Shown here one piece after another: positions 31,871-42,469 of a DNA stretch of 64,000 bases (positions are counted from its first letter, which is position 1; each line of letters begins with the position of its first letter). The stretch comes from an uncultured Pseudomonadota bacterium. Lineage in GTDB: Bacteria; Desulfobacterota; Desulfobulbia; Desulfobulbales; Desulfocapsaceae. A model generated the notes under the pieces. It was given only the letters and a program-made list of their open reading frames with translations. It was not told the DNA's origin and did no database searches. Location of the stretch: NCBI GenBank assembly GCA_963776835.1, contig CAVZOB010000011.1, positions 46,651-110,650 on the forward strand, written 5' to 3'. The translations under genes were made by a program, and so were the position numbers.

Positions 31871-32473
31871 GTTCCACCTCCTCTGTTTGATTCTTCGCGT
31901 GAGGAACAAAAACTTTTCCGTTTCGTCTGGGTTTTTGTTCCTCCTGTACTTTTTATTAGCAGCTAAATCGTTATGAATGTAAATCTGCATCAGGGAGAGA
32001 AAGTGCAGAAGAATAGGATCTGCATTATGGGGTAAAAGGTGTTTTGTTATAAAGACTTTTCTTTGTATTTGTTGTCTGTATTTTCTTCCTGATTTTACTT
32101 TTCGATGAATTGAAAATATTCTCCAGATTGATGCGGCTGTCGTTGGAGACAAATGGAAAGAGGTTTGTTAGCTTCAACGCCGATCAGCAAAGAGCAGAAG
32201 AAAGATAGCGGCCGCATTGCAGGGGCCAGGGGAAAAATTATTTTTTCGCTCTTTCGGCTCTTTCCTTGCAAAACCTGCTCTTCTCTGGTAAAAAGAAGGT
32301 TTTTGCTAGTATGATGAGACAGGGAGGAAGTGCCTGGTAAAAACAGCAACACGTCCTTATCGTCTTGGCAGTGTATTTGCATCTGTCCGTTTTGTAAGGA
32401 AATTGAATTGGTCAGGTGTGTTTGTGTTCTTGTGAAGCCATCATTATTTGCGTTTGCATGAGTCATAATCGGT

Positions 32474-32507
32474 AAGCACTCGTCTTTTTACGGGTGCTTT
32501 TTTTTAT
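32474..32507 (+). terminator. Orphan rho-independent terminator upstream of typA
   Basis: AGCACTCG-TCTTTTTA-CGGGTGCT is followed by TTTTTTTT. No ORF of 60 aa or more ends upstream on this strand. Confidence 0.6.
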
Positions 32508-32536
32508 TTTGATCCTCAGGGATCAGGGAAGAGGAA

Positions 32537-34339
32537 ATGAAACAGGAAAAAATTCGTAACGTAGCCATTATCGCCCACGTTGACCATGGCAAGACCACGC
32601 TCGTCGATCAGTTATTCAAATACTCAGGGATGTTCCGTGAGAATCAGGACGTGGCTGAGCGGCTCATGGATTCCATGGACCTGGAGCGTGAGCGCGGTAT
32701 TACCATCACCGCCAAGAATGGCTCGTATCACTACGAGGATTTTTCCATCAATATCATTGATACCCCCGGTCATGCCGATTTCGGCGGCCAGGTGGAGCGG
32801 GTGCTGCAGATGGCGGACGGGGCCTTGCTGCTTGTTGATGCCCAGGAAGGGCCGATGCCCCAGACCTATTTCGTCCTGAAAAAGGCCTTGCAGAACAAGC
32901 TTCCGGTTATCGTGGTGATCAACAAGATTGATAAGCCGGCGGCCCGTTGTGCGTGGGTTCTCGATCAGGTCTTTGACCTGTTTGTCAAGCTTGATGCCCC
33001 GGACGATGTCCTTGATTTTCCCGTTGTCTATGCCTCGGCCAAGGATGGATATGCCCTGGCCGATCCCGACGATCCAATAGAGGGCGGCATGGGGATGCAG
33101 ATCATCTCCAAGATGATCACCGAGCATATCCCGGCCCCGACCGGCTCACCCGATGCCCCCCTGCAATTGCAGGTGAGCACCATTGATTATTCCCCCTATC
33201 TTGGGCGTTTGGGCATTGGCAAGGTGATTAATGGCACAATCGCCATCAATCAGCCCCTGGCGGTGGCCCGTCGGGACGGCAGCATCAAGCCGGTGCGGAT
33301 CTCCAAGATCTATCGCTTTGAATCCGATGGCAAGGTGCCCACCGACAGCGCCAGTGTCGGCGAGATCGTGGCCGTCGCCGGCATGGAGGACATGACCGTG
33401 GGAGTCACCTTTACCGATCCGGACAATCCCATGCCTCTGCCCCTGATCGACATTGATCCACCCACCATCTCCATGAATTTTATCCCCAACGATTCGCCCT
33501 TTGCCGGTATGGAAGGGAAGTATCGTCACCTCCCGCCATATCGAAGAGCGTCTGCGCCCGTGAGATCCTGTCCGATGTGGCCCTCATGATGAACCGCTTA
33601 CCGATGCGGTCGGCTACGAGGTGTCCGGCCGTGGCGAACTGCATCTCTCCATCCTCATCGAGAAGATGCGCCGCGAGGACTTTGAGTTTCAGGTGACCCG
33701 GCCGCAGGTGATCATGAAAGAGGAAAACGGCAAGATTATGGAGCCTTTGAGGAGCTGACCATCGACGTGGATGAAAAGTACCAGGGGGCGGTTATCGAAA
33801 AGCTCGGTAAGCTCAAGGGCCAGATGCAGGACATGACCACCGGCCATGCCGGGATGATGCGGATGGTGTTCAAGATCCCGACCCGCGGGCTGCTCGGCTA
33901 TCGCTCCCAGTTCATGACCGATACCAAGGGCATGGGCATGATGAGCTATGTCTTTGCCGAATATGGCCCCTATGCCGGGGAGATAAAAAACCGGGTCAAC
34001 GGGGTGCTGCTGGTCAAGGATACCTGTACCGCCGTGGCTTACGCCCTGTTCAGTCTGCAGGAGCGCGGCACGCTCTTCATTCACCCCGGCGCGCCCTTGT
34101 ATACGGGACAGATCATTGGTGAAAGCTCTCGTGGCGGAGACATGGTGGTCAATCCGGGCAAGGGCAAAAAACTCACCAATATGCGGGCCTCCGGTTCGGA
34201 CGAGGCGATGATCCTGACCCCACCCCGGGTCCTGACCCTGGAAGATTGTATTGCCTATATCAATGACGATGAACTGGTTGAGGTGACACCAAAGTCCATC
34301 CGGCTGAGGAAAAAAAGTGACGTGCGGATCAGGGGGTAA
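32537..34339 (+). pseudogene. typA: Translational GTPase TypA/BipA (frameshifts between about 33520 and 33770)
   Basis: [29 protein letters not shown]-like and NKIDK are in ORF 32537-33589. The C-terminal part (YQGAVIEKLG...GMGMMSYVF...VEVTPKSIRLRK) is in ORF 33767-34339. The connecting 250 nt read correctly only by changing frame several times. Confidence 0.9.
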
Positions 34340-34509
34340 TGCCGGGGGATGAAAGATTTGCTGATGTTGATCGTCTCCGGAGTGTTTGGGGTGGCGACCT
34401 TCGCGTTCATTGCCAGGAAATATGGCCGTGACTGTATCCCCTGACTGATGCTGTATGGCTCCATAGGTATGGGGCTTTTGGTCTTCTGGATCCTGCGGAC
34501 TATTTTTTA

Positions 34510-34691
34510 GAGGCCGTTATAAAAAGAGCAAAGCTTTTTTTGATCTTTTTATTTACGGCCTCTTATGCCGCATTCAAGAAACAGCAATCTTTACTGCTGT
34601 TTCTTTAAGTGGCCTCTGGCAGATAACATACAAGGAACCTTACGAAAGAACTAAACTCTCTCAAACTCTTTCGTTACGGATCTTTATGCCG
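34510..34691. repeat. Three-hairpin mosaic repeat, single inverted copy
   Basis: The reverse complement has the same module order as the units at 35216-35643. The modules are a long hairpin flanked by GAGGCCG/CGGCCTC, then AAGAAACAGCA...TGCTGTTTCTT, then the CGAAAGA...TCTTTCG hairpin. Confidence 0.65.
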
Positions 34692-34697
34692 TTTTTA

Positions 34698-35138
34698 TTA
34701 TCCGGATGGCTGTCTTGTTTTTTTGGCCGCGAAATAATCCACCAGGATTCGGGCATGGTCAAAGACCAGATCCGGAAGATTATCCTCTGAAAACAATCCG
34801 ACCTCGGCTGCGTCATCCCCTGCCTTGGGTTCGTTGCCGGCCTGGCCGATAAAGACGGTTGAAGCCGTATGCTGCCGGGGGTCACGACCTGGATCGGAAT
34901 AGGTGTGGAACTGAGTCAGATTCTCCACCGTAAGGCTGGTTTCTTCAACTGCTTCCCGAGCGGCAGCATTTTCGTAGGACTCTCCATAATCGACAAACCC
35001 GCCCGGCAATGCCCAGCCGTATGGCGGGTTTTTTCGTCTGATGAGCACGATCTCTTCCCCCACCTCGATGATGATATCGACGGTGGGAACCGGATTGCGA
35101 AAAGTGGGGATCTCAGCGTGGCAGTGGGGGCAGTTCAT
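34698..35138 (-). CDS. NUDIX hydrolase with N-terminal zinc-ribbon-like CxxC
   Basis: The Nudix box is [24 protein letters not shown]. The start MNCPHCH is at 35138; the longer track ORF runs into the repeats. Confidence 0.85.
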   Translation of the reverse strand: MNCPHCHAEIPTFRNPVPTVDIIIEVGEEIVLIRRKNPPYGWALPGGFVDYGESYENAAAREAVEETSLTVENLTQFHTYSDPGRDPRQHTASTVFIGQAGNEPKAGDDAAEVGLFSEDNLPDLVFDHARILVDYFAAKKTRQPSG

Positions 35139-35215
35139 GATGGTTTTGATCTTGAAGTGTTGAGTCGTTTGTCTGAATAAATAACCGCACTGTAGTGCTG
35201 TCAGTATAACAGGAT

Positions 35216-35643
35216 GTAACGAAAGGAACAAACCTGAGAGGGTTGTTTCGTTACGGCTCTCTTGATCTTTGCCGCTTTCTGGCAGACGCCACTCAAATAA
35301 ACAGCCGTAAAGGATTGGCTGTTTCTTTGAAGCGGCATAAGGTGCCGTAAGAGAATTGAGCAATAAGGGACTTGCTCAATTCTTAACTCTCTTTTCTGCT
35401 TTCTGGCAGACGCCACTCCAAGAAACAGCCGTAAAGGATTGGCTGTTTCTTGGAAGCGGCATAAGGTGCCGTAAGAGAATTGAGCAAAAAAGGGACTTGC
35501 TCAATTCTTAACTCTCTTTTCTGCTTTCTGGCAGACGCCACTCCAAGAAACAGCCGTAAAGGATTGGCTGTTTCTTGGAAGCGGCATAAGGTGCCGTAAG
35601 AGAATTGAGCAAAAAAGGGACTTGCTCAATTCTTAACGGCACC
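35216..35643. repeat. Tandem array of three-hairpin mosaic repeats (three units, period about 125 nt)
   Basis: Units are at about 35257-35385, 35386-35510 and 35511-35635. Each carries TCCAAGAAACAGCC-GTAAAGGA-TTGGCTGTTTCTTGGA and GAGAATTGAGCAA-loop-CTTGCTCAATTCT hairpins. The array is preceded by hairpin GTAACGAAA...TTTCGTTAC (35216-35254). Confidence 0.8.
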
Positions 35644-36215
35644 TAAAAACTCAGCATGGCGTGGATCTCCTGCCAACTCCCCACACTCTGCAGGTCGTGC
35701 TTTCCCTGATTCCAGGGCTGGGAAAAGACCAGGGGCGTGATGGCCATATTCGCCAGTTGCAGGCAGGTCTCGGCCCGATCGTCCACAAAGTAACGGAGTC
35801 CGTGGTCGTGGATATAACGGGCCTTGTCATCGTGATGCCCCATGGCCACCAGGCGAATATTGGCACAGACGGCGGCGGGGAAGAAATGTTCCAGCCATGC
35901 CTCCACGGGTTGTTGCAGCGAGCGGGCGGTGATGATGGTCACAGGCGCGGCTGAGCTCATCTTCGTGATTACCTCCACGGCCCCTGTCATGGGTTGCAGG
36001 CCGGTTGTCAGGGAATCCCGAAGGATGGCGTCAAAGATCTCTTCCACCACGGGGCTGGGGATATTCAGGCAATCTTCCACCTGAAAGGTGGTGATTTCTG
36101 CGAGAGTGAACGAGCAGAAGGCGTATTCATTGCAGGCCAGCCTGATGAATGCTTCAGCTGTATCGGCAATGACTCCATCCAGATCAAATCCAATTTCTCC
36201 GCTTTGGATCTTCAT
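35643..36215 (-). CDS. HAD-superfamily hydrolase (5'(3')-nucleotidase-like)
   Basis: The DxDGV motif (FDLDGVIADT) is at the N-terminus. 190 aa. Confidence 0.7.
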   Translation of the reverse strand: MKIQSGEIGFDLDGVIADTAEAFIRLACNEYAFCSFTLAEITTFQVEDCLNIPSPVVEEIFDAILRDSLTTGLQPMTGAVEVITKMSSAAPVTIITARSLQQPVEAWLEHFFPAAVCANIRLVAMGHHDDKARYIHDHGLRYFVDDRAETCLQLANMAITPLVFSQPWNQGKHDLQSVGSWQEIHAMLSF

Positions 36216-36233
36216 CTCTCTTCTCTCCTTGCC

Positions 36234-37187
36234 TTAGGACTCGTCCTGACTGTAGCTGTTTTCCATGTCCTTTATCTGCTGCACCATTTCCTCATTGAAG
36301 GGGGTGGCGATGCCGAGTCGTTTTCCTTCCCTGACCACGGTACCGTTGATGGCGTCAATCTCGGTTGGCCGCCTGTTACGTCGGTCCTGGAGCATGGAGG
36401 AGATATTCCTGGCCGTGTTTTTACAAACGGCAAGGGTCGCCTGCAGCGGATCAATCCGAATGGAGATCCCGCAGGCCCTGGCCACTGCCTCTGTCTCCCG
36501 GACAATATTCTTCAGCCGGCTGCGGGCGGCGCAGGAGGTGAGGAGTTGGCCGTTGGTTCGGTTATAGATGGCGGTGAGCGGGTTGATCCCTGCATTGATG
36601 AACAGTTTGGCCCAGAGATGGGTGCGGATATCCTCGGACAGCGAGGCCTCAAGGCCGGCCTCCTGCAGCATCAACACAAGTTCTGCCAGTTGATGCTCTT
36701 GCAGCTCGGCGGGCCTCTGGAGAAAACCCATCTGGGTCTGGCCGCGGCCCGCATGCAGGACAAGGCCCGGCCCCTGCAGGGTAGCACCTTCCGTAGTGCT
36801 GGCAAAAGCCGGCACGCTGGGGAGATTCATTCGTTCCTGAATGTCGAGATGGCCGACGCCATTCTGCAGGAAGACAAGAAGCGTCTGGGGGGAAAACAGG
36901 GGGTGACTGGATTGCAGGCAGCTCTGCAGGTCATGCGATTTGACACAGAAGAGAACGACGTCCACCGGCTTGAGCGCCAAGGGATCCGAGAAGACAGGAA
37001 TCATCCGTCGTTCCCGGCTTTTCTCTGTCTGGTAGATGATCCCCTGACTGTTCAGCAGGGTAGCCCTCTCCTTGATATAGTCAAGGAGCCTGAGGCTGTC
37101 ATTTTCGCACTGTTTTTTTGGGGCAAGCAGCGAGGCGAACAGACAGCCCAAGGCTCCCGGGCCTATGATGGCGATACGTATTGGCAA
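36234..37187 (-). CDS. panE: 2-dehydropantoate 2-reductase
   Basis: Has an N-terminal Rossmann IAIIGPGALG and ApbA/PanE-like length and C-terminal domain. The apparent start is TTG with no clear RBS. Confidence 0.75.
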   Translation of the reverse strand: MPIRIAIIGPGALGCLFASLLAPKKQCENDSLRLLDYIKERATLLNSQGIIYQTEKSRERRMIPVFSDPLALKPVDVVLFCVKSHDLQSCLQSSHPLFSPQTLLVFLQNGVGHLDIQERMNLPSVPAFASTTEGATLQGPGLVLHAGRGQTQMGFLQRPAELQEHQLAELVLMLQEAGLEASLSEDIRTHLWAKLFINAGINPLTAIYNRTNGQLLTSCAARSRLKNIVRETEAVARACGISIRIDPLQATLAVCKNTARNISSMLQDRRNRRPTEIDAINGTVVREGKRLGIATPFNEEMVQQIKDMENSYSQDES

Positions 37188-37202
37188 GAGAGGTCTGGTA
37201 CG

Positions 37203-38048
37203 TTATTTGATGATTTTTGCCTCTTCCACAAGGACCTTGTAACTGTATCCTGAACCAAAATCCTTATTGGCCCTGACGATTCCTTCAACGGTGACGACCT
37301 TGTCTTTCGGCACCTCGGCACTGGTGGTGACGACCAGATCATGGGTGTTGTTTATAGCGTCACCGCTGCCATCCTGGAGATGAATCCAGTTCTTGCCCAT
37401 GATATTGGGGCTGTATTTCACCACTTTTCCCTGGACGCGAACAGTCTTGCCGTCAAGTTTCGTGGCGTCGGCAAAGAGCTCTGACACGGTGTAAGCATTT
37501 TCTCCCTCGGCTTTTGCCACTTTGGTTTCAGTGTAAGGGGCCATTGCTCCAACACTGCCACCTGATTCTGCCTTGGGCTGCGTGGCGGAATCCGGGGCCT
37601 CGTCCTTGACGGCGCTGGCGAATGAATCCGCTGCAGCTGGCTGAGGTGCTACCTGGCCCACAAGACCGGGAGAAAATACGATGGTATCAAACGTTCTGTT
37701 CAATGATTTACTGTTGAATTTTTGCATAACCATGCCATCATAATAGGTGACATCATCGCCTGCCTTGATCTTGGATGCAGGAATGGCAACCCACTGTTGG
37801 CCCTTGCCGGTATCTACCTGCATATAGGTGTATCCGCCGGCATCCATGGTTTCCAGGACCTTGCCGCTGACGGTCTTTCCTTGTGCTTGAGGCATGGTCG
37901 GAGCTTCCGGCTTCTGGGTTGCGGTGGTCGCGGCCGGTGCTGCTTTTTCCGTGTCCTTACTGGTTGTCGTCGTTTTTTCTTGCTGGTTGTTGCAGGCTGG
38001 GAGCAGGAGACAGAGACAAAGTACTGATTTCAGAATTTTATGGTTCAT
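37203..38048 (-). CDS. Lipoprotein with two OB-fold-like domains
   Basis: The lipobox is LLLPAC. A Thr/Ala/Pro-rich linker is followed by two beta-rich modules (GKVLETMDAGGYTYMQV..., GKTVRVQGKVVKYSP...). The domain call is tentative. Confidence 0.55.
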   Translation of the reverse strand: MNHKILKSVLCLCLLLPACNNQQEKTTTTSKDTEKAAPAATTATQKPEAPTMPQAQGKTVSGKVLETMDAGGYTYMQVDTGKGQQWVAIPASKIKAGDDVTYYDGMVMQKFNSKSLNRTFDTIVFSPGLVGQVAPQPAAADSFASAVKDEAPDSATQPKAESGGSVGAMAPYTETKVAKAEGENAYTVSELFADATKLDGKTVRVQGKVVKYSPNIMGKNWIHLQDGSGDAINNTHDLVVTTSAEVPKDKVVTVEGIVRANKDFGSGYSYKVLVEEAKIIK

Positions 38049-38138
38049 GGGTTCCTCAAGGGTAAAGAGTTGGAGGCTTTAGCAATCTTGCTTGATAAAA
38101 AGAAAGACGGCTGTTGGAAGAACATTAAAAAAATAATA

Positions 38139-38663
38139 TTAGTCATCTTCGAGCAGAAATGCAATATATTCGAGGATGGATCTGGCCCAGAGCTTGTAGC
38201 CCTTTTCGGTGAAGTGGATGCCATCCGCCCGGAAAAGCCCGACGTCGGCGCTGAATTTTGCAAACATATCAAGAAAACAACAACCGGATTGCAGGGATAA
38301 TGCCTCCATGGCCTTGTTGATCCTTTGCATCTCGTCTTTGTCCAGCCACGGTATCTGGAGAGGGATAAGGCTGTTGATGATAATCTCTGCCATTGGATAC
38401 CAATGGCTCAGAGAGACCACAATCTGCTGTATTGTTTCGCTGAAATTATAATCTTCCAGGAGAAGATTATTGGTGCCGGTCATGATCCAGATGATCTGAG
38501 GATCTACAACCTGCTCATGGATCGATGGCAGTCTATTCAGAAGTCCCTGCGCAGTCTCCCCGGCAATGCCGAAGTTGAGGACTGCAAAGTGAGTTAACCG
38601 TTCCTGCCAGTCAAAGTCGGTCAGGAGGGAATCACCGAGGAAAAGTAATCGGCCCTGTTTCAT
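38139..38663 (-). CDS. SGNH/GDSL-family hydrolase
   Basis: Block I is LFLGDSL, block III is GTNN and block V is DGIHFT. Confidence 0.8.
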   Translation of the reverse strand: MKQGRLLFLGDSLLTDFDWQERLTHFAVLNFGIAGETAQGLLNRLPSIHEQVVDPQIIWIMTGTNNLLLEDYNFSETIQQIVVSLSHWYPMAEIIINSLIPLQIPWLDKDEMQRINKAMEALSLQSGCCFLDMFAKFSADVGLFRADGIHFTEKGYKLWARSILEYIAFLLEDD

Positions 38664-38838
38664 CTCTGTCTCTTCATCTTTAACCCTAAAGGTCTGCTTA
38701 GGAAACTGTTATGAAATAACTTGTCAACGGCTTGAATGTTCAACCCCGAGGGGTTTCCTTTGATGTTCATGGTATGCGGTATGTACCATATGATAAAGGC
38801 ACTGCCAAAGTTTTTCTGCAGCATTGTGTGCGCACGAG

Positions 38839-40954
38839 TCATGTCGTTGATGAAGACTGGAGGACTACGGCGCCCATTGATTTGACATTGACTTGCGTCT
38901 TTGCTTTCTTTGTTGGAGCCTGTTGCAGGGACAGAAAATTATATGGGGAATCCAGGCTGGTGTCTATGATCTGATGCCAGTTTTGAGCATTAGAGGAGGG
39001 GATAGGAGGCAGGGTAAAGAGGGCATCTTCTGTTCTGTCGCCGTTGAGCATGATAAAAAAATGGTCATCCCGGTCGTTGTCGCTGCTGCTGCTTTTGAGG
39101 AGAAAGGCCAGGGTATGACATTCGGCAGACCAGTCCTGCTCGCACGGGTTTAACGACTGCCAGATGATTTCAAGCTGGGGGGCAATGCACTTTTCATCTT
39201 CATGCTGGTTGAAGAAACTCGTCCGTTGAAAGGTGGAATGGGCTTTGCGCAGCTGGATACATTGTTTGAAAAAACGGAGCAGCCCCTTGTTCTTTTCGAC
39301 AAGATCCCAGTTGAGCCAGTTGGTATTGTTGTCCTGACACCAGCTGTTATTGTTTCCTTTCTTGCTGTGGCCAAATTCATCGCCGGCACTGATCATGGGC
39401 ACTCCCTGGGAGAGCAGCAGGATCAGGATCATGGTGCGCATCCGCCGGAGCCGCAGCTCCTGGATGGTCCTGCTGCGGGTGAATCCTTCCTTGCCGCTGT
39501 TCCAGCTGATGTTGTGGTTGTCGCCGTCACGGTTTTCTTCCCCGTTCATCTCATTATGCTTTTCATTATAACTGACCAGGTCGGAGAGGGTAAAGCCATC
39601 GTGACTGGTGAGGAAATTGATGGAATTGAAAGGGTGGCGTGAGCTGGACTGGTAGAGGTCGGCGCTGCCGGCAATCCGGGTGGCCAGCTTGCCCACGGTA
39701 TTGTCAAGGCCTGCCATGAAGGCGCGGACATCATCGCGGAACATGCCATTCCATTCGGCCCAGCGGGCATCGGTGGAGAAGGTGCCCACCTGATAGAGAC
39801 CGGCGGCGTCCCAGGCCTCGGCGATGATCTTGGTATCGCGGAGGACCGGGTCTTCGGCGATCATCTCGATCATCGGCGGATTGGCCAGGAGATGCCCGGA
39901 GGTGTCCCGTCCCAGAATGGAGGCGAGGTCGAAACGGAAGCCGTCCACGTGCATCTCGATGACCCAGTAGCGCAGCGCATCCCTGATCAGTTCCCTGACC
40001 ACCGGATGGTTGCAGTTCATGGTATTGCCGCATCCGGAAAAATTCAGATATTCCTGCGGTCTGCTGGTGAAGCAGATAATAGATGCTGTTGTCGATGCCC
40101 CGGAAGCTGCTGGTGGTTCCGTCATATCCACCCTCGCCGGTGTGATTGAAGACCATGTCGAGGATGACCTCGATTCCCGCCTGGTGCAGGGCCAGCACCA
40201 TGGCCTTGAACTCATTGATGTGCCGGGCACTGTCAGCGGCATAGCCGGATTTCAAGGCGAAAAAAGAGGTGGGGTTGTAGCCCCAGAAATTTTTAAGCGG
40301 TTTCCCGCTCGCCGGATCCCTGAATATGTTGTCATTTTCATCAAATTCGGTGACCGGCATGAGCTCAACGGCCGTAATGCCCAGTTCCTGCAGGTAAGGG
40401 ATTTTCTCCATGATTCCATGGTAGGTCCCGGGATGGGTTACCTGCGAGCTTGGGTGACGGGTGAAACTGCGGACATGCATCTCATAGATGATGGATTTGG
40501 CCAGGGGGATGTTCAGCGGTTGATCGTCCTGCCAGTCGAAATCGTGTTTGATGACTGTGCATCTGGGAGTATCCCCGTCCTCAATTTTTTTCCCCCAGGC
40601 CCGGGGAATGTGAGCATGGCTTACGGGATCAAGGAGCAGGATCTGTTCGTCATACACCAAGCCGTCTTTTGCCCTTGATACAGGCCCCTTGATCCGGTAT
40701 CCGTATCGGAGGTCATCCCTGTCGGTTTGGAGCAGGATATGCCAGAGATCACCGGTTCTGTTGATCTGGGGGTGCAGGGGTATCTGCACCTGCTGCCGCT
40801 GACTTTTGTTCGTCTCCGGCAGTTCTATGACTAGTGTCACTGCTTCGGCATGCCGTGAAAAGATCGAGAAGTTAATACCTTCACTGAGAATGGTGCTGCC
40901 GGTTGACAGGGCGAACCCCCGGCTGGTGGGGATATCAGTTTTTTTCTTGGACAT
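38839..40954 (-). pseudogene. glgX: Glycogen debranching enzyme GlgX (one frameshift near 40050)
   Basis: The N-terminal ORF 39731-40954 reads ...IYEMHVRSFT..., ILDMVFNHTGEG and GIDNSIYY. The alignment continues in ORF 38839-40242 (EYLNFSGCGNTMN, GFRFDLASILGR, IAEAWDAAG, FLTSHDGFTL). Confidence 0.9.
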
Positions 40955-41128
40955 TTTCGATAATGAGAGTTATTATTAAAAATAAGTTTTGTATCATCAG
41001 TAGTGAATAGTTTCAGAGTATAGAATACACGAGAGGGGAGCAAAGCAGAAATATTTTATTGACCAGCCCTCTTATTCTTTTGTTCCATCAGGCTGTCAGA
41101 TTCTGCAGCGATAATCAGGGAGGTTGCC

Positions 41129-42064
41129 ATGGGTATGTTTCAAAAGCTTTCGTTGAGTGATTCCACAATCAAGACCATCGACTGGGGGATGACCCCTGAC
41201 CTGAGTTTCGGAACATTTGAGTCCTGGGGTGGACGGGAAAGAGTGCGCAATAACAGTGAGCGTATCTGTTATTTCTTTATTGATAATTGGGGTGAGGAAC
41301 CTAAGCTCTGCCTGATGGAGCGGGGTGTCAAACATGCCAGGATCCTGGCTGAGATAAACGCCCCGGTCGAGATGGTAAAGGAGTGCGTGCGGCAACAGGG
41401 AACTTCTTCAGCCTTTGAGAAAAGCTATGCCATTAACAGCGTGGTCAAGGAGTGGTTGATCCATAATGTAGTGGAGGCTGAGGGAGATAGCTATGTCCAG
41501 CCTGTCCATGTGGTGAAGACGGTAGAGGCTATGGGTACTCTGCCCTTGCGGGGCGTTCACTCCTTTGGTGGTGACAGTTGTCTCCTGCCGGCGGAGCCCG
41601 CCGTGATTAATGATGATCAGATTGAACCGCTGATTAAAAAGGGGAATTTTTTTGATTCCGTCCTCAATACTCAGGGAAGATTTGAGAACGCCCTGGTGGA
41701 TAGTGGCGATCGCCTCACCGTCATTGACGAGCGGACCGGACTCATGTGGCAGCGGGGAGGGCTTGATATCGCCTCCCATCGAACCATGCAGCGCGCCATT
41801 GAAAAACTGAATAAGGAAGGATTTGCCGGATTTCATGACTGGCGACTGCCGACCGTGGAAGAGGCCCTTTCGCTCATGGAACCGGAAATGAATAGCAAGG
41901 GGCTCCATCTGAATACGTGCTTTTCAAAAGAGCAGCCTTTTATCTTTGTGGCGGCTAAACGCAGGCCTGGCGGATACTGGTTTGTTGATTACAAGCAGGG
42001 CCGCGCCTTCTGGTCCTCCGGCAGTATCCCCGGTGCGTTTGGCAGATTGTGCCGCAAGGCATAG
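41129..42064 (+). CDS. DUF1566 (Lcl C-terminal-like) domain protein with unknown N-terminal domain
   Basis: The C-terminal TGLMWQRGG...GFAGFHDWRLPTVEEALSLME pattern is typical of DUF1566. No signal peptide. A GGGAGG RBS is present. Confidence 0.6.
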   Translation: MGMFQKLSLSDSTIKTIDWGMTPDLSFGTFESWGGRERVRNNSERICYFFIDNWGEEPKLCLMERGVKHARILAEINAPVEMVKECVRQQGTSSAFEKSYAINSVVKEWLIHNVVEAEGDSYVQPVHVVKTVEAMGTLPLRGVHSFGGDSCLLPAEPAVINDDQIEPLIKKGNFFDSVLNTQGRFENALVDSGDRLTVIDERTGLMWQRGGLDIASHRTMQRAIEKLNKEGFAGFHDWRLPTVEEALSLMEPEMNSKGLHLNTCFSKEQPFIFVAAKRRPGGYWFVDYKQGRAFWSSGSIPGAFGRLCRKA

Positions 42065-42117
42065 AGTGGGTGGCACTACAAATATTTAGTGAAGGTTATT
42101 TAAGGTAGAACCATAAA

Positions 42118-42150
42118 GGCAGGGTCATTCATTTGGCTCTGTCTTTTTTT
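42118..42150 (+). terminator. Probable terminator / repeated 3' motif
   Basis: GGCAGGG-12 nt-CTCTGTC (two G-U pairs) is followed by TTTTTTT. A 28-nt near-copy of the motif lies at 49064-49094 after usp. Confidence 0.4.
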
Positions 42151-42469
42151 ATGTCGAGGGGGCACACTAACCAAGGATGAGTATTGCTGGGCTTATGGGC
42201 AATATTTGCTTTTTAACTTTGTTTTAAAAGAGATGTCATTGGTGAATCCGTTTTTTTGTTAAAAACAAATTATTATTTATAGATTTATGGTTTCGCCGCA
42301 AATTTTTAGGCGTCAAACTCTGAAAAAAACATTCGCGGTTTCCACAAATCTTTCCTTGACAAGGCCTGATCAATATATTAACGTCTGTTTATATGTTGAT
42401 GTCTTAGTCTGTTGTCGTCCATAAAAAAGTAGGGGATTTTTGTACAAGGAAAAGCCACAGATTTGAATT

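Noticed and set aside
32095-32466. 123-aa ORF on the minus strand in the multicopper-oxidase/typA intergenic region.
   Set aside because: The region is AT-rich. The ORF has no RBS, no motif and unusual composition. The region is better explained as promoter or sRNA space.
34349-34510. Two tiny hydrophobic ORFs downstream of typA: 34349-34444 (31 aa, MKDLLMLIVSGVFGVATFAFIARKYGRDCIP) and 34448-34510 (20 aa, MLYGSIGMGLLVFWILRTIF).
   Set aside because: They are plausible small membrane peptides; the first has a G-rich RBS-like tract. They are too short to support from sequence alone, and the second runs into the repeat element. Left unannotated pending ribosome profiling or conservation evidence.
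35257-35636. The tandem repeats near the NUDIX gene as a possible CRISPR array.
   Set aside because: The units are about 125 nt and directly abut each other with no unique spacers. There are only three copies and no cas genes in the window. They behave as structured mosaic repeats instead.
35994-37253. Long shadow ORFs antisense to real genes. Examples: 35994-37253 (419 aa), 27221-28525 (434 aa), 49755-51161 (468 aa), 60212-61408 (398 aa), 57044-58120, 55921-56979, 24703-25656, 17039-17965, 19795-20472, and many others in the track.
   Set aside because: Each lies opposite a gene with unmistakable family motifs. Their translations are Gly/Arg/Pro/Ala-rich low-complexity strings, typical of the non-coding frames of GC-rich genes. 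None has an RBS or a recognisable motif.
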